Shown: positions 25,017 to 37,917 of the stretch, piece after piece
How positions within the stretch are numbered: position 1 is the stretch's first letter
How the letters are laid out: every line of letters starts with the position of its first letter
Assembly: GCA_003614675.1 (NCBI GenBank)
Contig: ML002247.1
Span: 1-59,749, forward strand
Reading direction: 5' to 3'
Length of the DNA stretch: 59,749 nucleotides
Origin: Dimargaris cristalligena
Taxonomy: Eukaryota
Notes under the pieces: generated by a model
What the model was told of the DNA's origin: nothing
What the model saw: the letters and a program-made list of their open reading frames with translations, nothing else
Database searches by the model: none
Translations under genes and position numbers: made by a program

Positions 25017-26616
25017 TCAAATGCTGGTACTGGAATTTGAACCAAGTTGGTCTGATTCATCAGCAGGGTTTGATTGACCTTCTGGGGTTTCTGGGCCAGA
25101 GGACTGGTTAGGCGACGGATTGTCGGACTCCGAATCAGTCTCGTGACGAGGCCCAATTTTGGAGACGGAATAGTCGGGAAACTGGAAGGTGTTCGCATAA
25201 AAGGGCATTACCAGATTGCCGTTGGGCAAAATGTTAAGCCAATGGGTTCCCCAATACTCGTTAGCGCACTGCGATCCGTCAGTACCGGATGGTTGGTACT
25301 CAATGGACCATTGCGCACGTAAATATTTCGCATGCACCCCCAGTCCATGGGCATTCAAGCAGTCCAAGAAAGGTCGCTTAAATTGGTCTAGAGAGCCACT
25401 TTTATAAACATTGAAGTACCATTCCAATCGTCGGGTCAGAGCTGTGATCAGGTGAATATCTTTGTGGATTGTAGCCAGGGTAAGTATGAACGTGGCGGAG
25501 GAGCGCAACAGTTGGGTATGTTGGGCGTAGGGGTCATACCCACCGGCCGATGGGCCATGCATATCCAAAAAGGAGTTGAGGGCTTCCCAACGCTGCGTGC
25601 GATAAACATGCCACAGGGCCGGAAGGAGCGTCAACTTGATGATGGTCAAGTGAATCCGGTGAAGATTATTATACCTCTGATGGAGGCTCGTAAAGTTCAG
25701 ACCACTGGCCAATACGTCGAGGTTAGGTACGTAATTACTTAGGCCTACAGAGACTTCCGCTATCCGCTCGTAAATACGGTGGAGAAGAGTCAATGTTTGT
25801 GAATCGGCTACGTTCGCCAACGGAAAATTAAAGTGGAACTGGTAAGGTCCGAGTAGTGCCAAATTCACACGTTTCCAGTGTTCACCGAAAAAGGGATGGC
25901 CGACATTGGCATTCAGAAAAGAATCTAATTGTTCAAAGTCGCGTTGGCCCCTTCGTCGGCTTCTTTTGGTCACACCAGGGACAGATTGATCTCTGCTATT
26001 TTGGATATAATCGATTATGATTCCCAACAGAGCCGTGGTAGACTCCAAGGGTACAAACTCATGCCACTGACTCAGTACCTGATTTAATACGACATTGCCA
26101 TCTAAATGGCTACCTGGGGTGTGGCCCAATGTTCCTATCAACCTCACCAGAAAGTCATTGATCTAGATTTTAAGGTACGGGTATGTAACATATATATATA
26201 TAGATTGATAGATAGAAATATACCAATGGTTAAGTATTGGTAGCGTATCAATGTATGGGTTTCGATGTGTAACCAAAACGATGGCCAACTATGCCACTCA
26301 AATAACTCTGAAACAATCCAGTATACCAACATTACCAACAATTAAATAGAATTGTACATCCATATGCGCCCAACATAGTAATTTTGCTAACCTTTCCGAC
26401 GCTGCGAATATAAACTCCGGGCTCCCCTGGTAGGATGGCCGGGGCCATTTGTGCATAACCACGGGGACCTAATTCATTGGCGACAATGTTTCGTAACTCT
26501 AACGGCAACATCTGAATCCTGTCGCCAAGAGTCTGGCCATTGGCAGTATTGGCTGATGAATATTGGCGACCTGCCAATAAGGCGAATAAAGCGATGCCGA
26601 AATTGTTGACCTTCAT
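25017..26616 (-). CDS. Orphan secreted protein (~456 aa) with an F-box-like motif after the signal peptide
   Basis: Exon 26616-26392 (signal-like MKVNNFGIALFALLAG; IQMLPLELRNIVANEL) joins in phase 0 through a GT-AG intron (26391-26163) to exon 26162-25017. Acidic Ser-rich tail. Confidence 0.7.
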
Positions 26617-28273
26617 GGTGCAATATTGGTTTCGAAAGATACCGGTAATAGTGGGGGGATAATCAAAATAGAAAAACGCTCGCTGTCAATTCACGGCTGT
26701 AAGTTAGCAATTGTAAATGATGATAATGGGGCACCGATAATTGTAAATGGCTCAAAAAAGTGAAGATAGGCAGGAGCAATGTTTAGGTAATTATGGTGGG
26801 GATAAATGAAGGGTTTATATAGATAGAGGGATATCAATACCCGCTTGAATTCATATGGGTGCGCATATTATCCTTTGCGCGGTACGGTGTCCTGTACGGG
26901 AACCGTCAAGCGAAAAAAAATATACCCAAGCCAATACACTGTTTCATGGAATGGTAGCACGAAAAAACTGACTCGAAACAGTTTCTTCCTTCACTGTATA
27001 ACGCTCCGATTAATCGGAATGTTCCCAATTCTGCGTCGCTACCAGTGGGGGCCAGTACGGCGAGTTTTCAAAGAAGGAGGGTGACACTGCCATTTACAGT
27101 GATATATATGCAGGCGTCCTCTATGGACTGGTCACCCCTAAACCGTTGCTTCGGAATGTTCGGGGTGTGGTACCAATGGGTTAATCCAAAGAATGGTGTG
27201 GCCCAATGGATGGACAGCTAGTGTCTATTTTTTGTATTAAGTGAAAAATAAAATGGCATCTTTTACGCTGTATATACAGGTGGCCTGAGCTTCAATCGAG
27301 TGAAAGATTGCGGGGCATTTTGGCGCAAGGGGGTTGGATACTATTGCTGCGAAATTTCGTAGTATAAACCCCCCCCGTTAGTTCTATAGACTAATTTAGT
27401 CGACGGAGACGCACATCGTAGATATTTATTCGGGGATGATCATATACTGGGAGGAGTGTCTAGACTATTTGGGTGGAAAGGTTGACACTCAGTTACGTGA
27501 AGCAAGGCAGGAACTCCGGACTAGTACACTATTCTGAAGCGTCACTATATCTAAGGGTTGTTACATAAAAATATGTATTCTTTGAGGCGTAAATTTTTTG
27601 CTTACGCGAGTATAATGTATGTTGTTTGGCTCATATCATGAGTCGCGAAACATGCCTAGACACTGCTTGAGATTAGGGAAATGATAGCCCAGTGCACTAA
27701 AATGTGATACAGCTAAGTTCGCACTACCACCAGATTTATGTTCTATGGACGCTTGTAGCAGCTTGAAGGATATACCCTGGTCACTAATTTATCGGATGAC
27801 TTCGGCTAAAGCCCACGCTAATTCTCTTTCAAGCGGGTGTAGTTTTTGAACCTACTCAGTAGCCAATGGGCATGGCTTATTTAGCACTATTTTTATCGAG
27901 CTCCACCACACTTGCCGTAGACGTTTGTGGCCATTGTCGGTTAACCTAGGAGCGACTTCCTGTCTCATTTTGGCCAAGTTCCTCTTTTATTTTGACCCAT
28001 CACTTGACCTATGTGTTTATTACTCCACAGTAATTAGTATCATATAGTCTGCACTCTCAAGCTCATTAAAAGTCTAGTCGTACTTTACCACGTTTATTAG
28101 TTTTATTAATGAAGCGCCAATGTAGTTATGACAGAAGCTTTCCTACCTCATCTCTAATGTGGGCCATAGAAAAGCTCTGGAGGGGGACTACAAAGTTAGA
28201 GTGGTTAACCGACTATAGACATTTTAGTACCTGGTGTATTTTATCATTAATATAAAATCGGGCGGTGGCTCCT

Positions 28274-28986
28274 CTATTCGACATTAGCAAGCTTAGGTAG
28301 CGCAAGACCGACACGTTTGGCACTTAGGCCGATCCTTTCGGAATCTGTTATATCCTTGGTTGGGCTATAGAGTGCCTCCAGTTCCTGATAACGCACATCC
28401 AAAAAGGCGCAAATAAATAACAAAATTGGTGTTGGTTAATATATAGAAGTCGAAGAGCCGTGGTATATATTAAGTGCACCCCCCAAAAAAGGCTCTGATT
28501 ATAGTCGAGACATTGGTACTTATTGGGATTATACATAAGATTATGTGGCCGTACCTTGTGGCGGCGGTTTCCGTGGAGAAACGTTAAAATATCCTGCGCA
28601 TCAAGTCGTAGCCGGTGGAGGGTGGCAGGGTCGGCCACCTGCCGGTGCTGGTCGAAGCGGTTATACAGTTCGGTACGAGTAGCCTGCATACTCGAAGCGG
28701 TTTGATGCTAGTAAGAGTATAGTCGTTAGGGATATGGATGTAGAGTTGATATATTAAGCCATTAGGTTGGGTGGAATACGAAGGTGACTCTAGGCATAAC
28801 AGAAATGTAAAGGCATCCCCCGGGTCAGTTCTAATAAATGGCCCTGTCTCATTCTCAAGGGGAGCACGTCACTAAGGGTGAGCGTCAAGGGGACGGGCTG
28901 TCACATTAGGGTGGGGGAGCATATACCATTTTGCGGATTTCCCGGAGCAGACCGCGGAAAAGGTGAAGCGAGGATTCGGCGGGCAT
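28274..28986 (-). CDS. FMC1: Mitochondrial LYR-type F1Fo ATP synthase assembly factor FMC1-like
   Basis: Exons 28986-28927, 28707-28555, 28384-28274. Protein: LHLFRGLLREI ... TFLHGNRRHKELEALY ... RIGLSAKRVGLALP. Confidence 0.8.
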
Positions 28987-29455
28987 GGTTGCTGACTAGA
29001 GAACTTAAAACGATTAGGAAATATATTTCAGTTGAATTAGTTGAGTAAAGTAAAGGTCTGAGTGCGAGTAGATTCTGTGCATCGATGGCCTGGATCAAAT
29101 GGGTAAGCGGGTCACAACGGTTTGTTAGTACTTCCCACTTTAGCAGATAGATGGGACTGAAATGCAGATATTTCACCCAGAAATTATCCCCCTTCCCAGC
29201 TGTGCAGACATTCGCCCGTCAATACCAAAGCCCCGCCAACTGCCACGTTGACTATGCCTAACGAATATACACATCTGGTGGCCAACGACGGGAACCTACT
29301 GTCCACTCATACTCCGTTCGTTCTTTAGCACATCTGGTCGTTATTTTTAAACTATTATTCGTCAATTGAGCTTTTCGCTTTCCAATTCTATCTCCACCTT
29401 CTAAATTACACCCCGTCATCTCCCTTCAATAGCCCAGCGCTAAAGCACTTCCCCC

Positions 29456-30729
29456 ATGTGGCTCTCGGATTCCCAAAGTAAGGCCATTTCCACCGCTTAA
29501 TGCCCGTACGGCTAGTGTAGTCAGCGCCTACCTGCTCGCTGAGGGATAAGCGCTGCTTGATGAGTTCCCCATCGCGCACATACCCAAACAGCATTAATAT
29601 ATTCGACATGTTCTCTCTAACCCACCCCCATCGCTGTACCTTTCGATTTATTCACGCGTAGAACTTGGCGTCGGCCTGTCCGGCTTCGGTATCGTATTTA
29701 CGTTTCTCGGTGTTTTGCTGTTTTTCGACGCTGGCCTGATCGCCCTTGGAAATGTAAGGTCACTCTATACTGCATTACCCCCACCTTATCTATTAATGAA
29801 CCGCAGTGAATTCAAACCTCGATTATAAAGTGTTATTCCAAGTCGCGTATTCGATAATCGATGCTTATCCAACCTGTACGGAGAGTAACCATATTGGGCA
29901 TTGCATTCTACCCTGCGATAACCCGACTCGTATTATCCGATAGTTCACTAATTAGATGGATTTCATCATTGTGCTTTATTCAATTTAAACTTCAGGTTAT
30001 GTTCCTGGCCGGGGTGACTCTTATCATTGGCCTACAAAAATCGGTCTACTTCTTCGCGCGTCCGGGTAAAATCCGAGGAACAATCTGCTTTTTCGCCGGT
30101 ATTATTTTAGTTTTCGTTAAATGGCCCGTGATAGGCCTATTGGTCGAAGGCTTCGGGTTTATCAATCTGTTTGGGTAGGTCCATAGCCCTAGATTATGTT
30201 ACTTTAACTGAGAGGCATTCTTTCATAATATCTCGCTGACTATATGCCAGTATCTGTATTTTAGCATTGGCCCTGGGTCCTTTTTATTTATACGGGACTA
30301 AATATATCCCTAGGCTGGTTATATAGGCCAGCACCATACGAATCAACTCAATTGTCCTGCTATTGACTGGTTACTAATATGCGTACTTCCACCTTTTTCC
30401 TCTTCCAAACACGCCCGCTCTGCCCTTCCAACAGCGACTTCTTCCCTGTCGTTATCAGCTTCCTGCAGAAACTTCCCGTCATTGGGAGTTTCTTGGCCCT
30501 GCCCGGTGTCTCTCAGGTATGTCATTATATATTGGATTGCGCCTTTAATCCCAACTCCTTGACCATGTAACTGACTAATCGAGCTATTCACCAACACGAT
30601 ATAATTCAGCCAATCCGTTGTGTCTAACTTGTGAATTTAATTAACTGCCTGGGCTTGGTTTTGATGTTTATGCACTTGTATATTGGGTAGGTCGCCAATC
30701 GGCTAGCTGGAGTTCAGTCCCCTGTGTAA
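29456..30729 (+). CDS. GOT1: Vesicle transport protein Got1
   Basis: Exons 29456-29477, 29662-29753, 29996-30174, 30435-30516, 30691-30729. Protein: [45 protein letters not shown]. Confidence 0.95.
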
Positions 30730-31404
30730 TACGTCAACTATAGGCAACCCATTTCCCCTTGGGTTATTTGTCTGTCGGAGATAACGTCGAACAGCACTCC
30801 CACCCTGACTCTCTATCAATAGAGCCCCTCCATTGTTTTTCTACGCGTGGCTCTTTCAATATATAGGCCTATTTTCCTGTGGGTTTTGCTGGTCTGGTAA
30901 ATAAAAATGCTTTCAGTTACATATAGTGGATATTTATAAATTGAGTAGGGCTAGGAGACTACCGTGGTTTGCTTTGCAATTTCATTGAGTTGAGGTACCT
31001 GAGGGATGCTTGAGCCATAGATTGACCATTGAAGGGGGAATAATCGCATTGGAAATAATGTACCACATGGTATTTACTTTTTCCCCACCACCTGTGGTCG
31101 TTATATGGCCTAAAGGCTAAGCTGTGTGGCCCTGGTCCTCCTACTCCGCCCAGTCGCAAACGATAGGCTTGGGCTCAAGGAGGGCGGTTCTTCCATATTT
31201 GCCACCACCCAGTCCCCCTGACTGTCGAATCGCATCTCATTAGTAATCCATCGTATACCTTTACATTGCCCATTTCACCTTTTCTTCCGCCCTATTCATC
31301 TCTCCTCCTTTCATCCCCTCGGTGCATCCCAACTCATTGCTCCCTGATATTCCTTCAATCACCCCCCCCTAACGTCCTACCGGTTCTTACCAATCAACTC
31401 CATC

Positions 31405-33508
31405 ATGGCCACTACAGCTAACGCGAAGGCCCCCGCCTCAGGTAATTCGGAACACAGGGAACGAATACGGTTTATTATTCTTATCTATCAACGGCTAAGT
31501 GCTTACCGAATGTTGGCCCAGCGCGCCGCATTGTAGCTTTAACTCGCCAGCCCACGATGATTGGCCCAGTAAATTCATATACCTTCGGACTAGGTTTATA
31601 CACATCCGCCTGTTGACTGTCCAACCTCCTTTCTATTCTAACATGGTATTAATAGTTATTAACATCCCTATTTATCGAAATACGTATGCTACACCCCCTT
31701 CTTTCAATTGGAAACCCGGTCGTAGCTCAGGAGCAGGAAGTTCTGCGCCTAGCCCTGATATACCGTGATGAGAAGTAAGTCACTCCACTCTGGCGGACTT
31801 TAACTGATGTATCATCCTCACTTGGGCCATTTATCCCATGGTTTTAAATACGGTAGTCTAATTGTACTTTAATGCCGTACTTGTATTAACCCCACCCCGT
31901 CCCTTCGCCCCTCCGACCACTAGGAAACCCCAAGAGCTGTGTCAGCTGATTCGCAATTCCCGGGAAATGCTTGGCTCCATTCCTAAAGCCAAATCGACCA
32001 AAATCAGTAAGTTTTACATACTAAGCTAGCAGACGTACCCTTCCCGGTCCACACGCCGGGAGTTTTCCACTTGGAGTTGGCGCATCCTGTATCTATGCCA
32101 TGTAATCCCATTAAACTAATTTTCTACTCGTGTAATTGCATGGCCGTCCCTCTCTTGTTCCCCTCATCAAGTCAAAACCCTGATTGAGCACTTTTCGCAA
32201 ATCCCCAACTCGCTGGACCTGCAGATTGAAATCTGTAAGGAGTCCGTCGAATGGAGCAAGCGGGAAAAGCGCCTCTTCCTCAAGCAGTCTTTGGAGACTC
32301 GGTTGGCCGCTCTGTAAGTTTTACCGCCTGTTTTAGGACAATTATTTCCGGTACACCCGGGAATTCGGGCTGATATCGCCCAGTTCTTTGGCTTCCAGGC
32401 TATAAACGAAAAATTACATATATATCCCCTCCCAGCTAATCATACATTTACTACTACCCGATATCTTTCCTCTCTCCTGTCCAATAGATACCTCGAGAAC
32501 AAAATGTACTCCGATGCTCTGTCTCTGATTAGCCCACTTCTCACCGAGCTCAAGCGCCTGGACGACAAGATGGTCTTGGTTGAGGTTCAGCTGTTGGAAA
32601 GCAAAGTGTACTACGCCCTCCGTAATCTGCCCAAGGCCCGGGCGGCTCTCACCTCGGCGCGCACATCAGCCAACGCCATCTACTGCCCACCGCTAGTTCA
32701 GGCCACCCTGGATATGCAGTCCGGTATCCTCCACGCGGAGGAGCGGGACTACAAGACGGCATACTCGTATTTCTACGAAACCCTCGAGGGCTACTCGTCG
32801 CAGGACGATCCGTTAGCTGTGATGGCCCTTAAGTACATGTTGTTGTGCAAAGTGATGCTGAACCAGGCCGACGATGTTAACGCCATTGTCCACGGCAAAC
32901 TGGCCTTAAGATACTCGGGTAACGAAGTAGATGCGATGCGGGCGATTGCCAAGGCCCACCAGAATCGTTCGCTAGGCGATTTCGAGAAGGCCCTGGGCCA
33001 ATACCGCCACGAACTGGGCGATGACCCGATCGTGCAGTCCCACCTGGCCAAACTGTACGACACGCTGCTCGAGCAAAACCTGATTCGCGTGATTGAGCCC
33101 TTTTCGCGGGTAGAAATCGCCCACATCGCCCATTTGGTGCGCCTTCCCACCGACCAGGTCGAAAAGAAACTGTCCCAAATGATTCTGGACCAGGTGTTCC
33201 ACGGTGTTCTGGACCAGGGGGCTGGCTGCCTGATTGTGTTCGATCCCCCCGTCGGAAACAAATTTTACGACTCGGCCTTGGATACGCTGAAGAATATGGG
33301 AAATGTGGTCGATTCGCTGTTCCAAAAGGTAAGTTCGATTGTCTAGTCTTTGGCCGAAGCAACTATGTAAATGGACAAGCATAACGCTACCTGTAGCATT
33401 CCCGACATGATCTAGGATATATCGACTAATCTAGTTTTATATATGATCCCCTTGACTAAACTAATGGTGCCACAACTCTCCTCGAAATAGGCTGCCACTC
33501 TGAACTAA
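31405..33508 (+). CDS. RPN6: 26S proteasome lid subunit Rpn6 (PSMD11)
   Basis: Exons 31405-31441, 31726-31774, 31924-32006, 32172-32313, 32488-33328, 33491-33508. Motifs [28 protein letters not shown] and a PCI domain (LSQMILD). Confidence 0.97.
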
Positions 33509-33965
33509 GCTGGGCTACTCCTCCCGATTAGTTCATTCAGCTAGCTGTATATCCAGAATACTTGGTCCACCACTATGCCAGCGCCTTTACTGACCTAGGC
33601 AATGGCGGGCATTGCGGCTGAGCTTGCCTATATTATTATCCCATATATTTTCCGGGGGTTATTCTATTTCTCACTATTAGTTGTCAACCCTCCTTCCCCT
33701 TCTCCTGTATTCGCGTCACATTTTATTTTCCTTGATTTCAGCCACTACTGTCGCCTCGCCACTATCTTACATTTCAATGTTTCAGGATCCTATAATCAGT
33801 AAAGCCCAATTTTCGTTATCTGGACTACCCAATTACTGGGGGTTGGCTCTATTATTTCATTAGTGGGGCTTAAATACAAAAGGGAGTGTATTTTAATGGT
33901 ACCCTCTTTCCCAATGCTGTCTATCAGCGAGTTGGAAGGGCCTCGCCATCCCCACCCGTAATTTT

Positions 33966-34112
33966 CATGTGGGAGTAGTTCAATAAGGCTATATAACAAA
34001 AAATCCGTTTGATGAGGCAAATACTACTGGTTGAAAATAAACATCCCACCGATTTTCCCATATACATATCGGTTAAAACCTTATACAACCGAGCTGAACT
34101 TCACCCATATTA
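33966..34112 (+). repeat. Dispersed relic repeat, copy 3
   Basis: Residual peptide GYITKNPFDE...PYTYRLKPYTTELNFTHI. Inverted relative to copies 1 and 2. Confidence 0.75.
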
Positions 34113-34895
34113 TAGCGGAGACTACTAGCCCCACATCCCTTTTAATTATTAAAGCGGATGGTAGGTGTTCAATAGTAAAAATCCGGTGGACAAGAGCGAG
34201 CGTCATCTGGCCAATATACCGGGATCATATCTCCCCCTAAGTAAGGAAGCCCCATTGGAAGCCGGGATCCAGCACCCGGATCCAGAACCACGGGTTTCAG
34301 AGTTCCTGGTAATATTTTTGCTTAAGTCAATTTTTGTCAAGTACGCCTGTCTCCACTATGTGAGACCACCAAACGCCATTTCTGGCACATGTTATCTACG
34401 CTCACCCTGTGGGTGGTAGATTATATAGCTCAGATGATCAAATGTGGCGGGATGATGATAGTCACGGGCTAAGACTAGGGCTGACCTTTCGGAATTCCTC
34501 TTTTTGGTGGACTATCCCTTGGTAGAAGCGATATGCTATCAGGTATATTTCGGCGAAGTTAGTTTTCATTGGCATTGGGGTTTCACCACCCATATCCGCC
34601 CACGGTACTAATCAACCGTAGTCCAGAGCAAATGTAAAAATACAGGCTTCCCTTTCATTTGACCGAATACCACCATTTCATATATCTCATTTTTCAAGAT
34701 TATAGCACTGGCAACTGGTTGCCATGTATAGTTCACCTACGCATTGGCACATATTTTCATTGTAGTAGCATCGCATGTGATCGGTTAGGGATCCCCATTT
34801 TTCGCATTTGCATTATTTCGTTTCCTACACAGCTATTTATTTTTATTATCATCAGCTGTCTTGCATTGAGCCCCGATTTTCTAAAAATATTCAAG

Positions 34896-37599
34896 ATGGT
34901 TAATCTAATGCCCCCGTTTAATCTCGACAAGAGCCCCCTCAGTCGCCACAATTCGGTCAATAGTAGTATCTTCAGTTTCCGGCCCCGGCGCCACACGGTC
35001 ACTGTACCCGAAGCCAAACCCCAGGAGCTGCGCCGTGGTTTCCGGGCCTACGAGGAGGAAATCATTCCCGGCAACGTGGGCAAAGAACAGATCATCCAAA
35101 CCGAACTAACCTCGGTCATTCCCGGGGTGTCCGCGTGCGACGAGCGGTTTCTCCTCCTCTCGGGTCTCCAGCCGGGCATTTACGTAGTCGTCTTCATCAA
35201 CCCCTATTCAGGGGGACAAATGGGTATGGAGCTGCTCAAACTCCGGTTCCAGCATTTCCGGTTACGCGAAAACAACCGAGTCCAGATTCAGTGGTACAAC
35301 ATGTTTGACGACGAGGACCGCGACCGTGGGGTCGAGTATTTGCGCTGGATCCTGACGGCCAAGGAAACCGTCAACAGTCTGCTACGTAACGCCGGGCGGC
35401 GGTCCATTGACATTTACTACATCGATAACGCCCGCCTAACGTCTCACAACCCCCGCGCCAAATCCGGGTCCATGGTGTTCTTTGACGATCTCAACGTCGC
35501 CAAATTGCCCCCGGAGGACCGCGATTTTATTTACCAATATGCCCATAAAACGACGGTGGCGCCCTTTGAGGTGCACGTATGGAGCGCTGGGGGGGACGGC
35601 ACGGTCATGTCGGTGTACGATATGTTGGTGAGCGAAAACATCTCCTTTTCCAGTATCTACTTCTCGTGTATCCCCTTCGGCACGGGTAATGATATGAGCC
35701 AGGCACTGGGGTGGGGACGTACCGTAAAAAAGAATTTGGTGAGCGCTAATTTATCGAACCTCATCAGCTTGACCGAGAGTCGACTCACCGGTGATTTGGC
35801 CCTGTTGGACGTCTGGGAAGTGGAAATCAAAACCTTCCCCGGTGGCTACGTGAAGGAGATTCACAAGAATGATAAGGATTCGACCAAGCGCCAGACTTAC
35901 CGCCGTCGGTTTTGCAGCCTGTTCAGCATGGGTGTACAAGGTAAAGTTCAATGAGTATTATTTTGGGATAGCCTATATACATTTATGGGTGGCTATACTG
36001 AACCGGGTTGCTAAGGATACACTTTAAATACTGCTAAATGGCCGCCTATCCCTCTACCTAGAATGCGGATAAGTATCGCACCCCATGATAGTTCGTAGCC
36101 TACATAAGCCACCCACTGTAAAAATGGAGCGGTCCCATCCCCTCGTACTCGTAATAATTCGTCAATATCCGACCTTAAACAACCTAATATCTAACCATCA
36201 CCACTCTACCGACCTATCGATCCATTGGCTAATAGGTCTCGTCGGTAAGGAGTTTGAACCCCGTCGTACCAAGTCGCGCATTCGCAATATTTTGCAATAT
36301 ACCGCCCAGTCGGCCAAATGGGTGACCCTTCGGAAATTCCCGGTCATCACGGAAATCCTCGAGTCCATTGAACAAAACGGTCGGATTGTCATGAAGACCG
36401 CCATGCCTAAGCTCTACGATGACTTAAGCCCCGAGGTCCGGGCGCGGGCGGCCCTACCGGACACGGACGCCAACGGGGTCCCCATTCCAGTTCTGGATAT
36501 CCACCCGATTGAAATCATTGCCCAAAACATTCCCCACATTTGGGGTCGCGACCACGATTTGTGGGGCCAGGCCAAATCCCTGCCTATCATGAGCCAGCGC
36601 AACGGCCCGACGGACCAAAATAACTGGACCCCCCAAAACAGCGGCGACGGAAAACTCGAAGTGTTCATCATCGAGAGCGTGAAATCCTATATTCGTAAAC
36701 AAATGACCACCAAGGACAGTTTGGGGCGCATTGGTCAGTTGCAGGAGGACTTCACGATGCGGTTCCGGAATCCCGAGGTGTACCAGAGTTTCCATAATAA
36801 TTCGTCTCATACCAATCGGCGCCATAAAGCGACGCCCCCGGGATTTACGTGTCTGATGATCGACGGAGAGTTTTATGAACTGTTTCAGCCCCAGACCATT
36901 GAAATTCGCCGACACTCTTGTATCCGGGCCATCGGGTCGGGTGAACAGAATTCCCGGTTGGTGCGCGATACGCAGAATTATTGCCAAACCCTCCATACGC
37001 CGTCCATGACCCCCACGCCCAATTCCCCCAATCCAACCCCGACGTTGGGGTCCGGTCGGGGGATAGATACCTCCGCCGGACCGGCGGTCATGGTTCCTCT
37101 CGAAGGAGAACAAACCGTGGTCAATAGTAACAACGATCCGGGTGGTCCCAGCCCCAGTGGTATGGGTGGTGGTGATGTAGATGCTGGTACTTCGGGGCTA
37201 TTACATCCCTCATCCCAGCTGCCTAACGAGCGCAACGTTATGGTTCACCATGAACCGGTCCAAGTCGAGGTATCGCTTGATTCCGCCGAATGCACTTCCA
37301 ATTCGCGGGCCACGAAGGTGGTCCCCCAACCAACGGATGGTCAGGCGGTTCCGGGGGGGCCACCCATGCCTTCCCCCCTCCAACCAGTGGCCCCGATGCA
37401 CCCGGCTGTCATGCGAGTTAAGGAGATACCCCCCCATACTCGAAAGGTGTCCACCATTAATAACTCCTATTTCGCGAAAGTGGATTTCAAGATTCCGTCC
37501 AAATCTTTCAGCGACGCTAAATCCACCAACGTGATTGAGCCCAACCGACACATATCGCCGGCATTAGAGCCCGAATCACCATCCCCCACACCTCAATAG
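34896..37599 (+). CDS. ATP-dependent diacylglycerol kinase family protein (DAGKc + DAGKa)
   Basis: Exons 34896-35940 and 36236-37599 (phase-1 intron). Motifs VFINPYSGG, SAGGDGTV, PFGTGNDMSQALGWG, FSMG, IWG, DGKLEV and IDGE, then a disordered C-terminal tail. The start codon is inferred. Confidence 0.85.
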
Positions 37600-37793
37600 A
37601 TTAGACATGTACAGTTAAATATATAATAAACGTTCACTCTGTTAGGTCTATTCATTGTGTAATTCATGATTACTTCCGATGGTTAGTTATTTTTCTAAGG
37701 TACATATTAATCATTTTATATTTAGTAGTATGTATACTACAATTGATAAAAATAAAAGAAGAGTAAATAAAAAAATATAAGATAAATATCAAT

Positions 37794-37800
37794 AAAAAAA
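37794..37800 (-). terminator. RNA polymerase III oligo-T terminator of the 5S gene
   Basis: A-run on the plus strand directly abutting the 5S 3' end. Confidence 0.7.
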
Positions 37801-37917
37801 GTTATAGCATTAACTATTCCCAAGTGGTCACCCACCTCAGTACTAAATTAACTGACCGGAGCTTATCTTCGCAGATCTAACGGGATACGGAGCAGAAGCC
37901 GACATGTGGCCATAATT
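37800..37917 (-). rRNA. 5S rRNA gene (solitary, divergent)
   Basis: Minus strand reads AATTATGGCCAC...CCGTATCCCGTTAGATCTGCGAAGATAAGC...TTAGTACTGAGGTGGGTGACCACTTGGGAATA...GCTATAAC, then a T-run. About 118 nt; the terminal helix pairs; box A and box C are recognisable. Confidence 0.9.

Noticed and set aside
34659-34895. N-terminal extension of the 431-aa ORF, and the 36085-36235 start of the 504-aa ORF
   Set aside because: AT-rich leader from a non-ATG start, and intron read-through respectively.
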